Below the pieces are notes generated by a model. The model was not told the DNA's origin, ran no database searches, and saw only the letters and a program-made list of their open reading frames with translations. A DNA stretch of 64,000 nt, taken from positions 162,316,001 to 162,380,000 of the forward strand of contig OX597814.1 of assembly GCA_951406725.2 (NCBI GenBank), written 5' to 3'. Positions 11,685 through 23,974 of the stretch are shown piece after piece. Position 1 is the first letter of the stretch, and each line of letters starts with the position of its first letter. The position numbers and the translations under genes were made by a program. The stretch is from Octopus vulgaris (lineage: Eukaryota).

Positions 11685-11904
11685 TGAGGATGTGCTGAAA
11701 AAGTTCTTGGCTTTAAGGGTACTATGAAAGGCATAGCTGGAAGCCCAACCTTCCGAATTCTTTTAAATGACTAAGAAAAGAATGAAGGACTGCTGCAATA
11801 AGTGCGTGAATCTGAGAGGGAGAATATGCTGAATAAAATCATAATTAACTGATCCGCTTGTATTTTCTTTTACCTAAAGCCAGGAAATTTGCAGCACAAC
11901 CTCA
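11685..11904 (+). mobile_element. Non-autonomous mariner derivative (MITE)
   Basis: ~30-bp imperfect TIRs (TGAGGATGTGCTGAAAAAGTTCTTGGCTTTA / TAAAGCCAGGAAATTTGCAGCACAACCTCA), TA on both sides, internal remnant resembling the transposase end (NKCVNLRG..). Confidence 0.8.
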
Positions 11905-12357
11905 TATTTACATATTACCATATACACACACACATACACATGTATTACAACCGTTTTATACAACTGTATAACATATATCTCTATAATTTAACTCAGTTAC
12001 TAGAAGCAAATTCTCTCCACACAAGACCAGAATAAATTGAATGAAAGACAGGAACCAAAGAATCATTTTACCATTATGGCACCATATTTAATGCATCGTG
12101 ATGCTGCACTGATGGCATGTGGCTTATGATCATTGTACATTACTATACATATTAACACTGAATCATACAGTGAAATTGTGCCTAACATCACCATTTATTG
12201 AATTATACATTGAATTTAATGCATTAAATTAGCATTTTTGAATGAATTAGAAATCATAACTGTTGTCTGAATTGGCAAGAGTCACTGTTGCATTGTGTGT
12301 GAGTGTGTGGATATGAGTTGGTCTGTATCTATCTATCTATCTGTCTATCCCTCTGTC

Positions 12358-12407
<50 letters not shown>

Positions 12408-12710
12408 GGGGGGGGGTATATACATACAGATATATATATATATATATATATATTTAGACATTTGGTGAGAGCAAGAGCTCAGTGTAGAAAACATATAGTA
12501 GTGCTCAAATGAATTTCAACTTAAACTCTGAAGTTTTCAGCTGATATGCAGGTAGTAAGGCATATAAACACAGTTACGCTTGAGTTACAAAAGTACATAT
12601 TTTCTTCATATTTTATTCTGTATTTTTTGTGTTCCATGTGAGTATATATACATATCAAGCCTAACTGTGTTTGGTGGCATTACTACATATATATATATAT
12701 ATATATATAT

Positions 12711-13563
12711 GGTGCGGTGAATAAACTGTCGTCTAAATTACACAAAAATGAAAATAACACTGACATCTCATTTCAACACATATAGTTACCAAAATTACAG
12801 AAAAATATCTTGAAATACTAAAGAGTAAATTTATTCAATAAAATTGCCATTGACTTTGGCCATGACCTCCAGACAACTTCGGAATCTCCTGCAATTCTTC
12901 TGGATGGCCCCCTTGTTTAAGTTGGTGAATGCTGCTATAATCCTTGCCTTCAGTTCATCCTTGGTGTTACAAGGAGTTTTGTTGGTCTCTCGCTCAACTG
13001 CGCCCCACACGATAATCAAGGGGGTTGTAGTCTGGGAAGTTAGGAGTGATGTTGTCACAGAAATTGTCTGACAGCCATGTGTGGGTTCCCCTGCTTGTGT
13101 GACATGGTGCAGAGTCCTGTTGCCAGGCATAGGGTCTTCAAGTAGCCACCCTCTTGACCCAAGGCAGCACTACCTCCTTCAGACACTTGATGTAGGCCTC
13201 CGTGTTGAGCGTGAGGCTGTGTTGGAAGAGGAATGGAAGCATAATGTCACCATCACTAGTGATCACTCCAAACACCATGATGTTGACCGGATGTTTGATT
13301 TTTATCACCCTTAGTACATGTCCTCAGATTGATACCCAAACACTCTGAAATGTTCCTATTGGAGCCTCTTGTGAGAATGCCAAGCAGTACAGCATGTCGT
13401 TTCCAAATTTCTGGTAGAGTGAATTGCATCATGGTGCTGTTTTTCTCACAGACTGTGTCCAATTTATCCTACTATACTGTGTAGTCAACAAAATCAAAAC
13501 CAAATAATGTGCATGCGAGAAATCAAAAATATGAAATGGCAACAATTTACTCATTGCACCCTG
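12711..13563 (-). mobile_element. Tc1/mariner superfamily (maT/DD37D-like) transposon, internally deleted
   Basis: Imperfect TIRs GGTGCGGTGAATAAACTGTCG / CAACAATTTACTCATTGCACCCTG with TA flanks; disrupted transposase VMVFGVITSDG..WQQDSAPCHTS..PDYNPLDY..VWGAVERETNK..NGNFIE. Confidence 0.88.
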
Positions 13564-14499
13564 TATATATAACCTTTTGAGTGTTGGGCCTCACAGAGGC
13601 AATGTCTGAGACCTTTAGCCTGAAATTTTGGGTGAGGATGCTACTTGATTACATCAACACCACTTTGCTACTGGTACTTATTTCATCAATTCTGAAAGGA
13701 TGAAAGGCTAAGTTGACCTTAGTAGAGTAGACAAAATATCAATAGGTATTTTGTCTGGTGTGCTACTGATTCAGACAGCTTGTTGACTTTCTCGCCTACA
13801 TAATAATATGTAAATGAGAGAGAAGCACTTATGACTCATAGCATTGAAGTGGTTTTAAGTGCTGCAGTTCAGCTGCGGTTTCTTGGCATTAAGTAGTTTT
13901 GAGACTAAATTTGCAAGGAAAGATGCTGTTTTATCCCTGATGACACTTTTGCATGATATACTCTCCATTGCTAATGGAGCAGTGAACTAAAACACTTAGA
14001 ATTAAAAGTAAAGCCTTTATAGTCAATGAAACAACTATAGCAGATACATAGACCTTGTCTAACCTTTCTGGGAGAAATCATGCAACAACAAGAGCACTCA
14101 GAGAGTGCAAACCTCTGCGAATGCAACACCAATGTCCTCTCAATGATTAACCAGAGATGATTTTTAAAATGAGAATATTTGAAATAAAATCCTTCAATGA
14201 ACATTATGAGACCTTTTGGTTTCCTCTTCTCTTATATTCTGGTCTTCCTTTAGTAATCCTGTTGTTTTTGATCGATGTATAGAATTATGTATATATGTAA
14301 GTATACTGTAAAATGTTAAAATGTATAATCTCCTAATATAATAATGAGCGTTGCCTTTTCATATATTTGGATATATATTTGTGTGTGTGTGTCTGTATAT
14401 AATATATATATATCTAAATAGGATTGGAGTGAGAGGTGTAGGTAGAGGAGATAAATGGCAAAGAAGCATGCTCAATGAATCATGAACTCCTTATATGTA

Positions 14500-14729
14500 T
14501 TAATCCTCTTGTTGCTATGTTTCTTTTAAAATACAGTTCTTGTTCCGATTGATTTTTAAAATGATGAAGAATTTAGTAAAATAACTTTGTCATTATTAAG
14601 CTGATGTTTGAAACATAAATTTGCTTGAAATTTTGATGGAAAGTTTTAATCTAAGTCATTTAAAAACACAAGAAATTTGCATCCTAGAATTAGGGGCAAT
14701 CTTAGACAGATTGGAATCAAAGAGGTTAA
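14500..14729. mobile_element. TTAA-flanked piggyBac-like MITE (family 1); inverted copy at ~24870-25493 interrupted by SINE B
   Basis: TTAATCCTCTTG..CAAAGAGGTTAA ends; internal sequence matches the reverse complement of 24930-25065. Confidence 0.65.
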
Positions 14730-14869
14730 AGGAGAATGAGATCTAATGACTTCAAAAAAAAAAAGTGGAAAACTGAGTTTTGGTATTCATGGCCTTCTCA
14801 AGGACATTACAGAACAATATGAATTCACTGCATTTTAGAGTAGAAGTTAGATAACTGGGATTTAGCCTT

Positions 14870-15060
14870 AATATGGTCGTTTAAACCGCTAGAAATAGCA
14901 GCCGAATCTTCTTCCAAATTACATCATAATGTCTTGAAAAGAAAATGAGCACATTGAATAATGTAGCTTTGGTAGTATAAAAGACTGAATGGGTAAAGCT
15001 GGAGCATCTTGAATCATAAGCCTGTTCAATCAGAGCTGACCAGGGTTTAACAATAACAGC
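14870..15060 (+). mobile_element. SINE-like repeat family E ((CAA)n tail)
   Basis: GCTAGAAATAGCAGCC.AATCT..TCAG.GCTGACC.GGG.TAAACAACAAC. Related copies at ~26780-27160, 35990-36140, 39660-39870, 49050-49240, 58390-58600(+) and 6080-6170, 50820-50930, 55530-55770(-). Confidence 0.7.
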
Positions 15061-16179
15061 AATGACACCACCATCACCTATAATATCTATAGCAACAACA
15101 ACAGCAGCCTTTGTTGCCTCTACAATCGCCGCCACCGCCACCACCACCACCATTTTCATTTGTTGTGTAGTATTATTTTCAAATGTTTGATTAAAGTTGA
15201 CTAAAATAATAAAAAAAATAAAAAGGAAGGAAGGAATCTATACTTTGGTATGTGTTTCTAGTCACTAGGACAGCTTGTAGTGTGTTTTTATTCCCCCTCA
15301 AATATGCAAAAAACCCCCCAAATAAATAAAGCTAGATCTATTTGGATTTGAACTCAAGAGTTCCTAGGATATAATATACTGTACTGTCTTATTCGTCTCC
15401 ACTAGTCTTTCTATTATACTTCTGATTATGGCAAACATCTAATTTCTTTTGGAGGAAAAATACATCTTTAATTTTTCTTGTTCAGTACAATAGATTGGAT
15501 GCTGTGTACTTGTAGTTCTTCATTGCACATAAAGCATTGATATGTCTGTCTTCTTACACTTCCCTGAATGAAAATTAGTTGTATGTGGTTGGAGGTTACC
15601 ATAGCAAACCTCTTATAGATTTGTATTTAAAGACAAGGATATGCAATGTAAGCTTGATTATATTGCACAACAGGAAATATTTGGTGAATTGCATCCCTCA
15701 CAAAACCAGCGGTGAGGAACCACCAAAGATTGTTGCCAAGTACATCTAGAATAACTAGAAGTGATGCATTTTAAGATAAAACTATGGTAGTGTTTGAACT
15801 CAGAATTGAAAGCTAACAAATGTCAATTATAATATTTTCCCATTGTCTACACCTGTAAATATCAGCTGCTCAGAGATTTTACTTACATCTAGATCAATGG
15901 TTCTTTATCTGGGCATTAGCACCTTCTTGGAGGCATTGTGATCTCACTAAGGAGCAGCAAATATGAAGGAAATTTTGTGGAAGGTGGTGCTGGGTACTCA
16001 GAGACATCATGATTTTTCTTGGAATAAAATATCTAAATAAGGTTCAATACCTATATTCTATATGCCCATTTTCTCCCCAGCCTCCCCAAAATCTTTGTTG
16101 GGGTTAAAATATGAGTAAGACATAATGAGCAAGAACATGACAAATGATGTACCAGTCATATAATTTTTTTTATATAGGT

Positions 16180-16590
16180 GCAGGCATCATTGTGGGGTAA
16201 GAAGCTTACTTCTCAATCACATGGTGCTGGGTTCAGTCCCACCGTGTAGCATTTTGGCTAAGTATCTTCTACTATAGCCTCCAGCTGACCAAAGCCTTGC
16301 GAGTGGATTTGGTAGATGGAAACTGAAAGAAGCCTGTTGTATAAGCATATATATATGTGCGGGTGTATGTTTTATGTCTGCATTTGTTCCCCACAACTGT
16401 GTACTAACTGGTGTTGGAGTGTTTACATCCCTGTAACTTAGCAGTTTGGCAAAAGAGACCAATAGAATAAGTACCAGGCATAAAAAAAAAAAAATCAAAA
16501 TACTAGGGTTGATTCATTCGACTAAAATTCTTCAAGGTGGTGCCCCAGCATGGCCACAATCTGATGACTGAAACAAGTAAAAGAACAAAA
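16180..16590 (+). mobile_element. tRNA-derived SINE family C with CORE-like central domain
   Basis: B-box-like GGTTCAGTCCC followed by (C)TTGGGCAAGTGTCTTCTACTATAGCC-like core. Other copies at ~6262-6420(-), 29595-29745(-), 31555-31870(+), 32010-32415(-), 39090-39220(+), 40410-41636(-, split by MULE), 51375-51435(+), 54195-54350(-). Confidence 0.8.
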
Positions 16591-17554
16591 GAAGTCCTCA
16601 CCTGTTATTTCCATAAAAATTTAACATAGGAGGTACCAGGCTTCTCAAATATCTAAAAAGAAGCATGTGCTGGATCAGATGCTATAAAAGATTAAACTAT
16701 AGCAACACAGGATGTGAATGGACCCTGTCAAGCCAGTTGTGAAATCGCAGTTGTGGCCAATGCCAGAGTTGTGTAACTGGTACTCATGCCAGTGGCATGT
16801 GAAAAGCACCCTTCGAATGTTGGATGATATACTGTGCTTGAGAAGACCTGTCAAGCCAAGTGAAATCATAATTGTGGCCGATGCCAGTGTCACATACCTG
16901 GCACCTGTGCTGGTGGCATGTAAAAAGCACCCTTTGGACTCTTGGCCTCATGAAGACAGTGACATGTGACTGAGATCTCTGGCAATATACTGTGCTTGAT
17001 AAAAACCTGTCAAGCCAAATGGTGGATGATGCTGGTGTTTTATAACTTGTACCTGTGTCAGTGGCATGTAAAAGGTACCCTCAACATCTTTGGAGTGGTT
17101 GGTATTAGGAAGGGCATCCAACTGTAGAAACCATGCCAAATGAGATTGGAACCTGGTGCAGCTTCCCAGCTTACCAGTTTTCAGTCAAACAGTCTAGCGC
17201 ATGCCAGCATGGAAAACAGATGTTAAATGACGATAATGATGATGATGATAATGATGATAATGATAATGATGAAAGACTAACACATTTCAGAAAGTAGTTG
17301 TAAACAATATCTGTTAATTCTACATTATTTCCTCAATTAGCATCTAATTAGAGTGTTAGAAGTTAAAATTACAACTGCAAATATGATTATAATGTATAAT
17401 GAATCTTTTGTTATATGTTATTATTTATAAACTGACACCCTAAGAAGTTGTGTTTTGGTAATCTAGCTTGTGATGAAAATGATTAAGTCAAGAGAGCTAC
17501 AGTTAAGAGGCATTGCAGGAATTATTAATATTATTCTTGAATAACAGGCAGTCT

Positions 17555-17732
17555 TTATGAATAAATTAAAATATCTGTGCTGGTGTGGACATATAGATGT
17601 GGCATATGAAGAATGATAGTTGGGTAAAAAAAGGGTCAAATTATGCTAATGGAAAGAACCTGCAGAAGAGGAAGACTGCAGCAGACATGGGTAGAATTAG
17701 GGGTAGAATTTGATCTCAGGATGCTGGGCCTC
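17555..17732 (+). pseudogene. RTE-clade LINE 3' ORF fragment
   Basis: Degenerate L.W.GH..M.NDSWVKK..E.TCRRGR..TW.E..DLRMLGL. Confidence 0.6.
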
Positions 17733-17962
17733 TTAAACATTTAGCATTCAGATTACACTGTCAAATGTAATGGTTATTTATTCACATTGTTTTCAATTAA
17801 TTATGCATTATTTTGTAGCTTCAAGGTTTCAATGATGTGATTGTATATTTTTAGAATGACATTGTAAGGTAGGTGTGAAAGGCAAGATCTAGCTGGTTTG
17901 AACATAAAGCAGGTAAAAATATTTGGGTCTGATATGACTGGTTTAAAATACTGACGGGTTAA
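17733..17962. mobile_element. TTAA-flanked piggyBac-like MITE (family 2); inverted copy at 27272-27493
   Basis: Termini resembling TTAACCCTTTAGCATT..AATGCTAAAGGGTTAA; the two copies align in opposite orientation. Confidence 0.75.
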
Positions 17963-20336
17963 AAGTAACAAGGAAAGTAAGATGTTGTGATGACAGAGAC
18001 CTGTCCAATCCATGCCAGCATGGAAAAACAGACACAGAAATGATGATGATGATGATTTCTAAAACTGGAACAAAGAATATATAAACCTTGCAAAACATGA
18101 GAAAGAAAGAAGAAACAAAAACGAAAAGAAAAGTAAATGGAAGGGAAAATAAATTCCAAATATGGAATTGATTTGCATTTCCTTTTCTATTCAAGATTCT
18201 ACTGAAAATCTCATGGGGTTCACTATATTGGTAGTTGTATGGTTCTACATTACATTTTAAATCTCTCCAGATTTCCTAATGCAATCCCTCTGAATAAAAA
18301 TCATAAATACAGTCATTAAACATTATACAATTTAGCAATTTTCTGTATAGAATTCAAAAAGCTCTTCTGAAAATTGCAAAATACAATTTTCTATTGTAGA
18401 ATTTCTATTTTACATTGCGTGATATTGCCATCTATTACTTCTATTTATCTGCACAAGTAAATACAGTAATTTTCTGGAAACTAATGAGCTATTATTGCAT
18501 TGCGCACAAACAGTCTATTTCTTGCATATGTCATAATGCCTTGACTGAAACAGATACAAAATATATAACAAATACAAAACTGAAGTAAAGATTCTCTGAT
18601 GTTATATATATTTTTTTCATTTATTTCAGCCAAAATATTCAAAAGCAATTATATATAATTATCCTTATTGTTTTATCTCTCCATCCACCTTCCATTTTTA
18701 TTCCTACATTTTTCTTGTTCATGTCTCCATGTCCATTGATTTATAATATTTATTATATTTATTATATTTCTTCTTCCTGTTAATACATGCAAAAATAGCC
18801 GAATGTTGTGGTTGTTTTGTGTAGTGTTTACTATTAGAATGGTAATTTTCCTTTTTCAGAATTCTTACATCGGTGAATTTACATTTAAGAGTAACTCTTA
18901 AGAATTTAGTTGCACATTTATACAAGCCGGAGACACTCCAATTATTGCTTTTTAGAAATATCTTTCTTTTGATGTATGCTTTGCATCTTCTCTTGAGAGC
19001 TTTCCAGAAAACCACATGACCGAGTGAGTATGTTTGTATGTATGTGTGTGTATTTATATGTATGAGTGTAGTGTGTGTGTGTGCGCGCATAAATATGTAT
19101 GTGTGTTTATATATATATATATATGTATGTGTAAATATATATATATACATATATATATGAATGTATGTATTATACACACACATATACCACATGTAAATGT
19201 CAATATGTATCTATCTATCTCTCACTATATATATGTATATATATATATGTGTGTGTGTATCTATCTATCTATCTATCTATCTATAAAGTACAAAGATAAA
19301 TATAAGATCCTTTCAGGTATTCCATTCTTTAACTTTTGTATATATATATATATATATATATTTCTTTTCTACTCTAGGCACAAGGCCCAAAATTTCTGGG
19401 GAGGAGCCAGTCGATAAGATCCCCCAGTATATAACTGGTACTTAAATTATTGAACCCGAAGGGATGAAAGATATTTATATATATATATATATATATTGGA
19501 AAATGTGTGAGATCCTGGGTACAGTTGAGTATATTTGAAAAAAGAAAAAGAATGACTGCACTGGTAGTTTTAATCAGTTTAATTTATTATTTTTTAATTT
19601 TTTAATTATCTAAATTTTAGTTAATGGATCTAGAAAATTCTTTGTTAACTTGGGTGTGGAGAAGATACTTGATTGGAGGTGGAGTTGGGAGGTGGTGGGG
19701 TGTTAAAGGAGTGTTTTGTGAAGCCATTTGAATAGTTGACCTTTCGCCAGAAATCTAATGACCAGATGTTTTCCAAATTCTTACTTTTGGCCAAAACTTG
19801 GAAGTTGCTGTTAACAATATTCTTGTTTAAGAATAATAAATTTGTACTTGACAAAAATGTAACCCCTCAGATTAACGTAAAATTGTTTTTATTATAGCTG
19901 AACATAAAAACAAACAAATACATATGTAATCACATTCGGTTAAAATAGCTTATTGATGTGTTTTGTTTCCTTTTTATCCCTGACAAGATGATTGCATTGT
20001 TTTACATCATTTTTATTCCCTCCGGAATAATCTCAATGCTTTCTTCGAAACATATGTTGGAAGTATGATTTGAATTACACCTGCGTTTGACTCCATTTCT
20101 TAATTTATCCATGTTAATAATGGATAAATTTCTACCTTTATAATATCTTTGGTACTTATGTGAATTTTTGCTACCCTGGTAACTATTTATTCATTTTTTT
20201 CCTTGTTATTCATACACATTGAAAAAATATACATACATTTATATATATATACATATATATATTGTATGCACATGTAATATATATAATTATATTTATGTAT
20301 GTACATATATGTGTATGTACTATATGCATATGTATA

Positions 20337-20535
20337 GAACTTATTGGTCTCATACCTCCACCAGTCTAGAAATCTTGAGTCACTTGTCACTTCTCCGGTC
20401 AATACTCTTGTTCCAACACCACTGGTCTGGCACTAACCACTATGTCAAATCCTTTGTTCCCAGAACGTCAGCCCTCTAGAATCTCTTCCAAGCTTATTTC
20501 TTTCCAGCAAGTGTTTAACTGCATCAGTGTAAACA
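20337..20535 (+). pseudogene. CR1/Jockey-type LINE ORF2 C-terminal fragment
   Basis: TNHYVKSFVPRTSAL*NL matches the SFxPRTxxLWNxLP terminal motif with W mutated to stop. Confidence 0.65.
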
Positions 20536-20642
20536 GAACACTGATGGCATCTGCTATTAATGTTCTATTTACCAGTCTTGGAGAACTTACAGTAGTCATG
20601 GACACTGCGTCTTTCTCTAAACTCAACAAGTAAATACATATG

Positions 20643-20688
<46 letters not shown>

Positions 20689-20834
20689 GAAGTGAAAATG
20701 AACTGAGAGAAAAGCAGAATAGAAGAGGAATTAAATAATAGTGAATATGAGAGAGAGAAAACTGCTGATATAGGCATATAATCCAGACTGATAGAAGTAT
20801 AAGAGATGAGAATATAAAGTGTTTGAAATAGACA

Positions 20835-20966
20835 GATCTTATGGAAGAATAAAACCTTGAAAGATATGGGTGAAGTGGTGAAGAATAACCTTAAGATGTT
20901 GAATCTCACAAAGGAGGTGACAAAGGACCAGTGATGACTGGTGATACACAATGCTAAGCAAGATGC
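20835..20966 (+). pseudogene. RTE-clade LINE extreme 3' fragment
   Basis: EVVKNNLKMLNLTKEVTKDQ..W resembles the RTE C-terminus. Confidence 0.55.
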
Positions 20967-21115
20967 TTGTTAAGTGTTTGTACCCTCATCATCATTTAGC
21001 ATCCATTTTTCATGCTGACATGGGTTGGACAGCTTGATAGGAACTGGGGCTGCACCAAGTTTTATAGTCTGTTTTGGTGTGGTTTCTACAGCTGGATGTC
21101 CTTCTTGGTGTTAAC

Positions 21116-21339
21116 CTATTTCTTTACTACCCACAAGGGGTTAAACACAGAGAGGACAAACAAGGACAGCCAAACGGATTAAGTCGATTATATCAACCCC
21201 AGTGCGTAACTGGTACTTATTTAATCGACCCCGAAAAAATGAAAGGCAAAGTCGACCTCGGCGGAATTTGAACTCAGAAAGTAGCAGCAGACGAAATACC
21301 GCTAAGCATTTCGCCCAGCGTGCTAACATTTCTGCCAGC
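21116..21339 (-). mobile_element. SINE family A, near full length, nested in SINE B
   Basis: High identity to 44180-44413. Confidence 0.92.
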
Positions 21340-21539
21340 GTGCACTGGGTGCTTTTTATGTGGCACTACCCCAGTGCTTTTTTAGTGGCACCAGCAGCCA
21401 CACCAATGCATTTTATGTGGCACATTGATTTTAGGATACCAGTTCTGTTGTGGTGGGTGGGTCTTCTCAGGCACAACATTGCACCACATATCTTAGTTCT
21501 GTCATCCTCCTTCATAAGGGTCAGCATTTTGAGATCAGC

Positions 21540-22085
21540 CTTCAGTACTTCATGCTATGTCTTCCTGGGTCTCCCTCTTTCACAACTTCTCTCCACTCTA
21601 AGTAATCAGCACTTAATTATGCAACTGTTCCCATCCATCTGCATCATGTGATCAAAGCAGCACAGTATCCTCTCTTACACTCTACTTACAATTCCTCTTA
21701 TGTCTTTTCTCTCAATATGCAAGTGCTCTATTGCACATGTGCACTGACATTGCATATCCAGCTGAGCATATCATCTTGGTTCTTCTCTAGTCTTTACATA
21801 TTCACTGCATTCAGAGCTCAAGTTTCACTACCATATAGTACTGCCATTTGTACACATGCATCATACAATCTTCATTTCACTTTGAGAGAGAGAGAGAGAG
21901 AGAGACCTTTGGTTACCACCAGAAATAAAAGCTCTCTGAACTTTCTCCATCCTATTCTTATTCTAGGCATTATACTTTCCGTATAACCTCCTCCACAGCT
22001 AATTAGGTCACTTAAGTAGAAGAAGTCATCTACAACTCCCAGTGAGCTACTGGGACATTTGCGGAAATCAGTTTCCCATGTATCT
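21540..22085 (-). pseudogene. RTE-clade LINE ORF2 3' fragment
   Basis: VVDDFFYLSDLISCGGGYTESIMPRIRIGWRKFRELL..KGLSL..RLYDACV..LYGSET..MLSWICNV are typical RTE post-RT motifs; disrupted. Confidence 0.88.
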
Positions 22086-22161
22086 GTGGTCCAACATTGA
22101 GAGGATTGTCTGATTACATATACTTGAATACACATACACACACACACACACACACATAGAT

Positions 22162-22205
<44 letters not shown>

Positions 22206-22440
22206 CAAATAGGAATTAAAAGAATCAAACAAAGCTTGCAGTAAGCTCTCTGCCTGGTGTTTAGCTGTCAAGAAAGACAAGAAAGAGAGTGCTTGAGACT
22301 AGGGTGTAAGATTAGTGATACTCTTCTGAAAATCCAGGAATCTCAATGGTGGATAGTATATAATAATGAAAAAAGAAGTGGAGTAATAGAAGAAATATTT
22401 ATTCCATTTGTTGACTGCTGTTTCATAATATATATAACAT

Positions 22441-22673
22441 ATTTCTTTACTATCCACAAGGGGCTAAAACACAGAGAGGATAAACAAGGACCGACAAATG
22501 GACTAAGTCGATTATATCGACCCTAGTGCGTAACTGGTACTTATTTAATTGACCCCGAAAGGATGAAAGGCAAAGTTGACCTCGGCGAAATTTTAACTCA
22601 GAACGTAGTGGCAGACGAAGTACAGTTAAGCATTTCACCTGGCGCGCTAACGTTTCTGCCAGCTCGCCGCCTT
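22441..22673 (-). mobile_element. SINE family A, full length
   Basis: High identity to 44180-44413. Confidence 0.92.
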
Positions 22674-23886
22674 CATAATATATATATACACACAAACACA
22701 CGCACATATACAGATGTTCCTTGTTTCGCAAGGTGGATTGGCTCTGTGAGTCACCATGTGAAGTGAAATCATGTAACAAGATGTAGATGCATTTATAACG
22801 ATACTATTATGTAAAAAGAACAAAACAAACAAAACCTGAACAATTATTTATTCAAATGGCACTAATAATTAATTGATTAACATGTATGTCTGCACATGAG
22901 TGTACGACCAGTTCCATAATCTATTGAAAATGTTACACCATTTTTCCATTGTTTCACTGATATATCTACATGTGCATGATGTGCATCTTATATTTATGAA
23001 TATCCAGAGTGTTTATATTGGCTTTGATTTATTCATTCTTTCTTTTAAGTCTTCTAACAGTTGCTTCATTTATATTAAGCTGTTAGGAGGATAAAAGGCT
23101 AGACAAACATAATGTGTTAGTCGTCAGAGTTTGGTCTCTTTAACTCATGTTGTCTAGTCTGAAAGAAATTTATGGCATCCAAACACTGATGTGTGCAAGG
23201 GTTAGCATTGTGTTCACTCATTGGTATTCCTACACACCACACACACACATATATACATACATGTGTGTATGTGTGTGTGTATGTGTGTGTGAACCCTCAC
23301 CTGCTACTGAGTAGCGTAATAATGTAATATTTTCCTAGGTAATTTGAACACAAACAACACAAAGGCTGGACATGATACCATGGAAAATTGCGAACAAATA
23401 ACACAGACTTATATGATGGGGATACTCATTTACATCAAAATAAGGTGTCATGAACACACTCATGCATACACAGACACACACATACACAAACTCACACATG
23501 CATATTCTTACATCCATTCACGCGTGCACACAGACACATACACACACACTAGCAGACTTCAGTTTCAGTCAACCAAATACATTCACACAAGGCTTTAATC
23601 ATTTTGGACAACAGTTGATGATAATTGTCCAGGGTGATGTCATCATCATCACCCCACTTTATGCCCCTTTTCCTCCATAATTGCTTGTGTTAGACAGGTC
23701 TTCTTTAGTACAGTGTCTCACCACTAGTTGCAGACCCTTGTAAAGATTATACCAATTGTGTGCTTCCATCTTCAAGGTGGTAAAATGTGACTATTTCTTG
23801 TAGGTTAAGTGACCATATAAAGGCTCCTCCATTGGTTAGCTAATATTTCTAATATGAGAGCATGTGTGTGTGTGTGTGTGCGTGTG

Positions 23887-23974
<88 letters not shown>

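Noticed and set aside
13850-14000. Long-range stem enclosing CTGATGA
   Set aside because: No GAAA box in a hammerhead-compatible position; pairing could be chance or an old MITE
18861-19024. Plus-strand exon with good splice sites (TTTTTCAG / GTGAGT)
   Set aside because: Stops in all three frames; at most a non-coding exon, with no supporting evidence
19645-19854. 69-aa ORF read as a Penelope GIY-YIG C-terminus
   Set aside because: Similarity is superficial and half of it overlaps the three-copy hairpin repeat
21202-21651. Recurrent ORF MRNWYL..RQSRPRRNLNS (also 31034, 36164, 60964)
   Set aside because: Antisense translation of SINE family A, not a gene family
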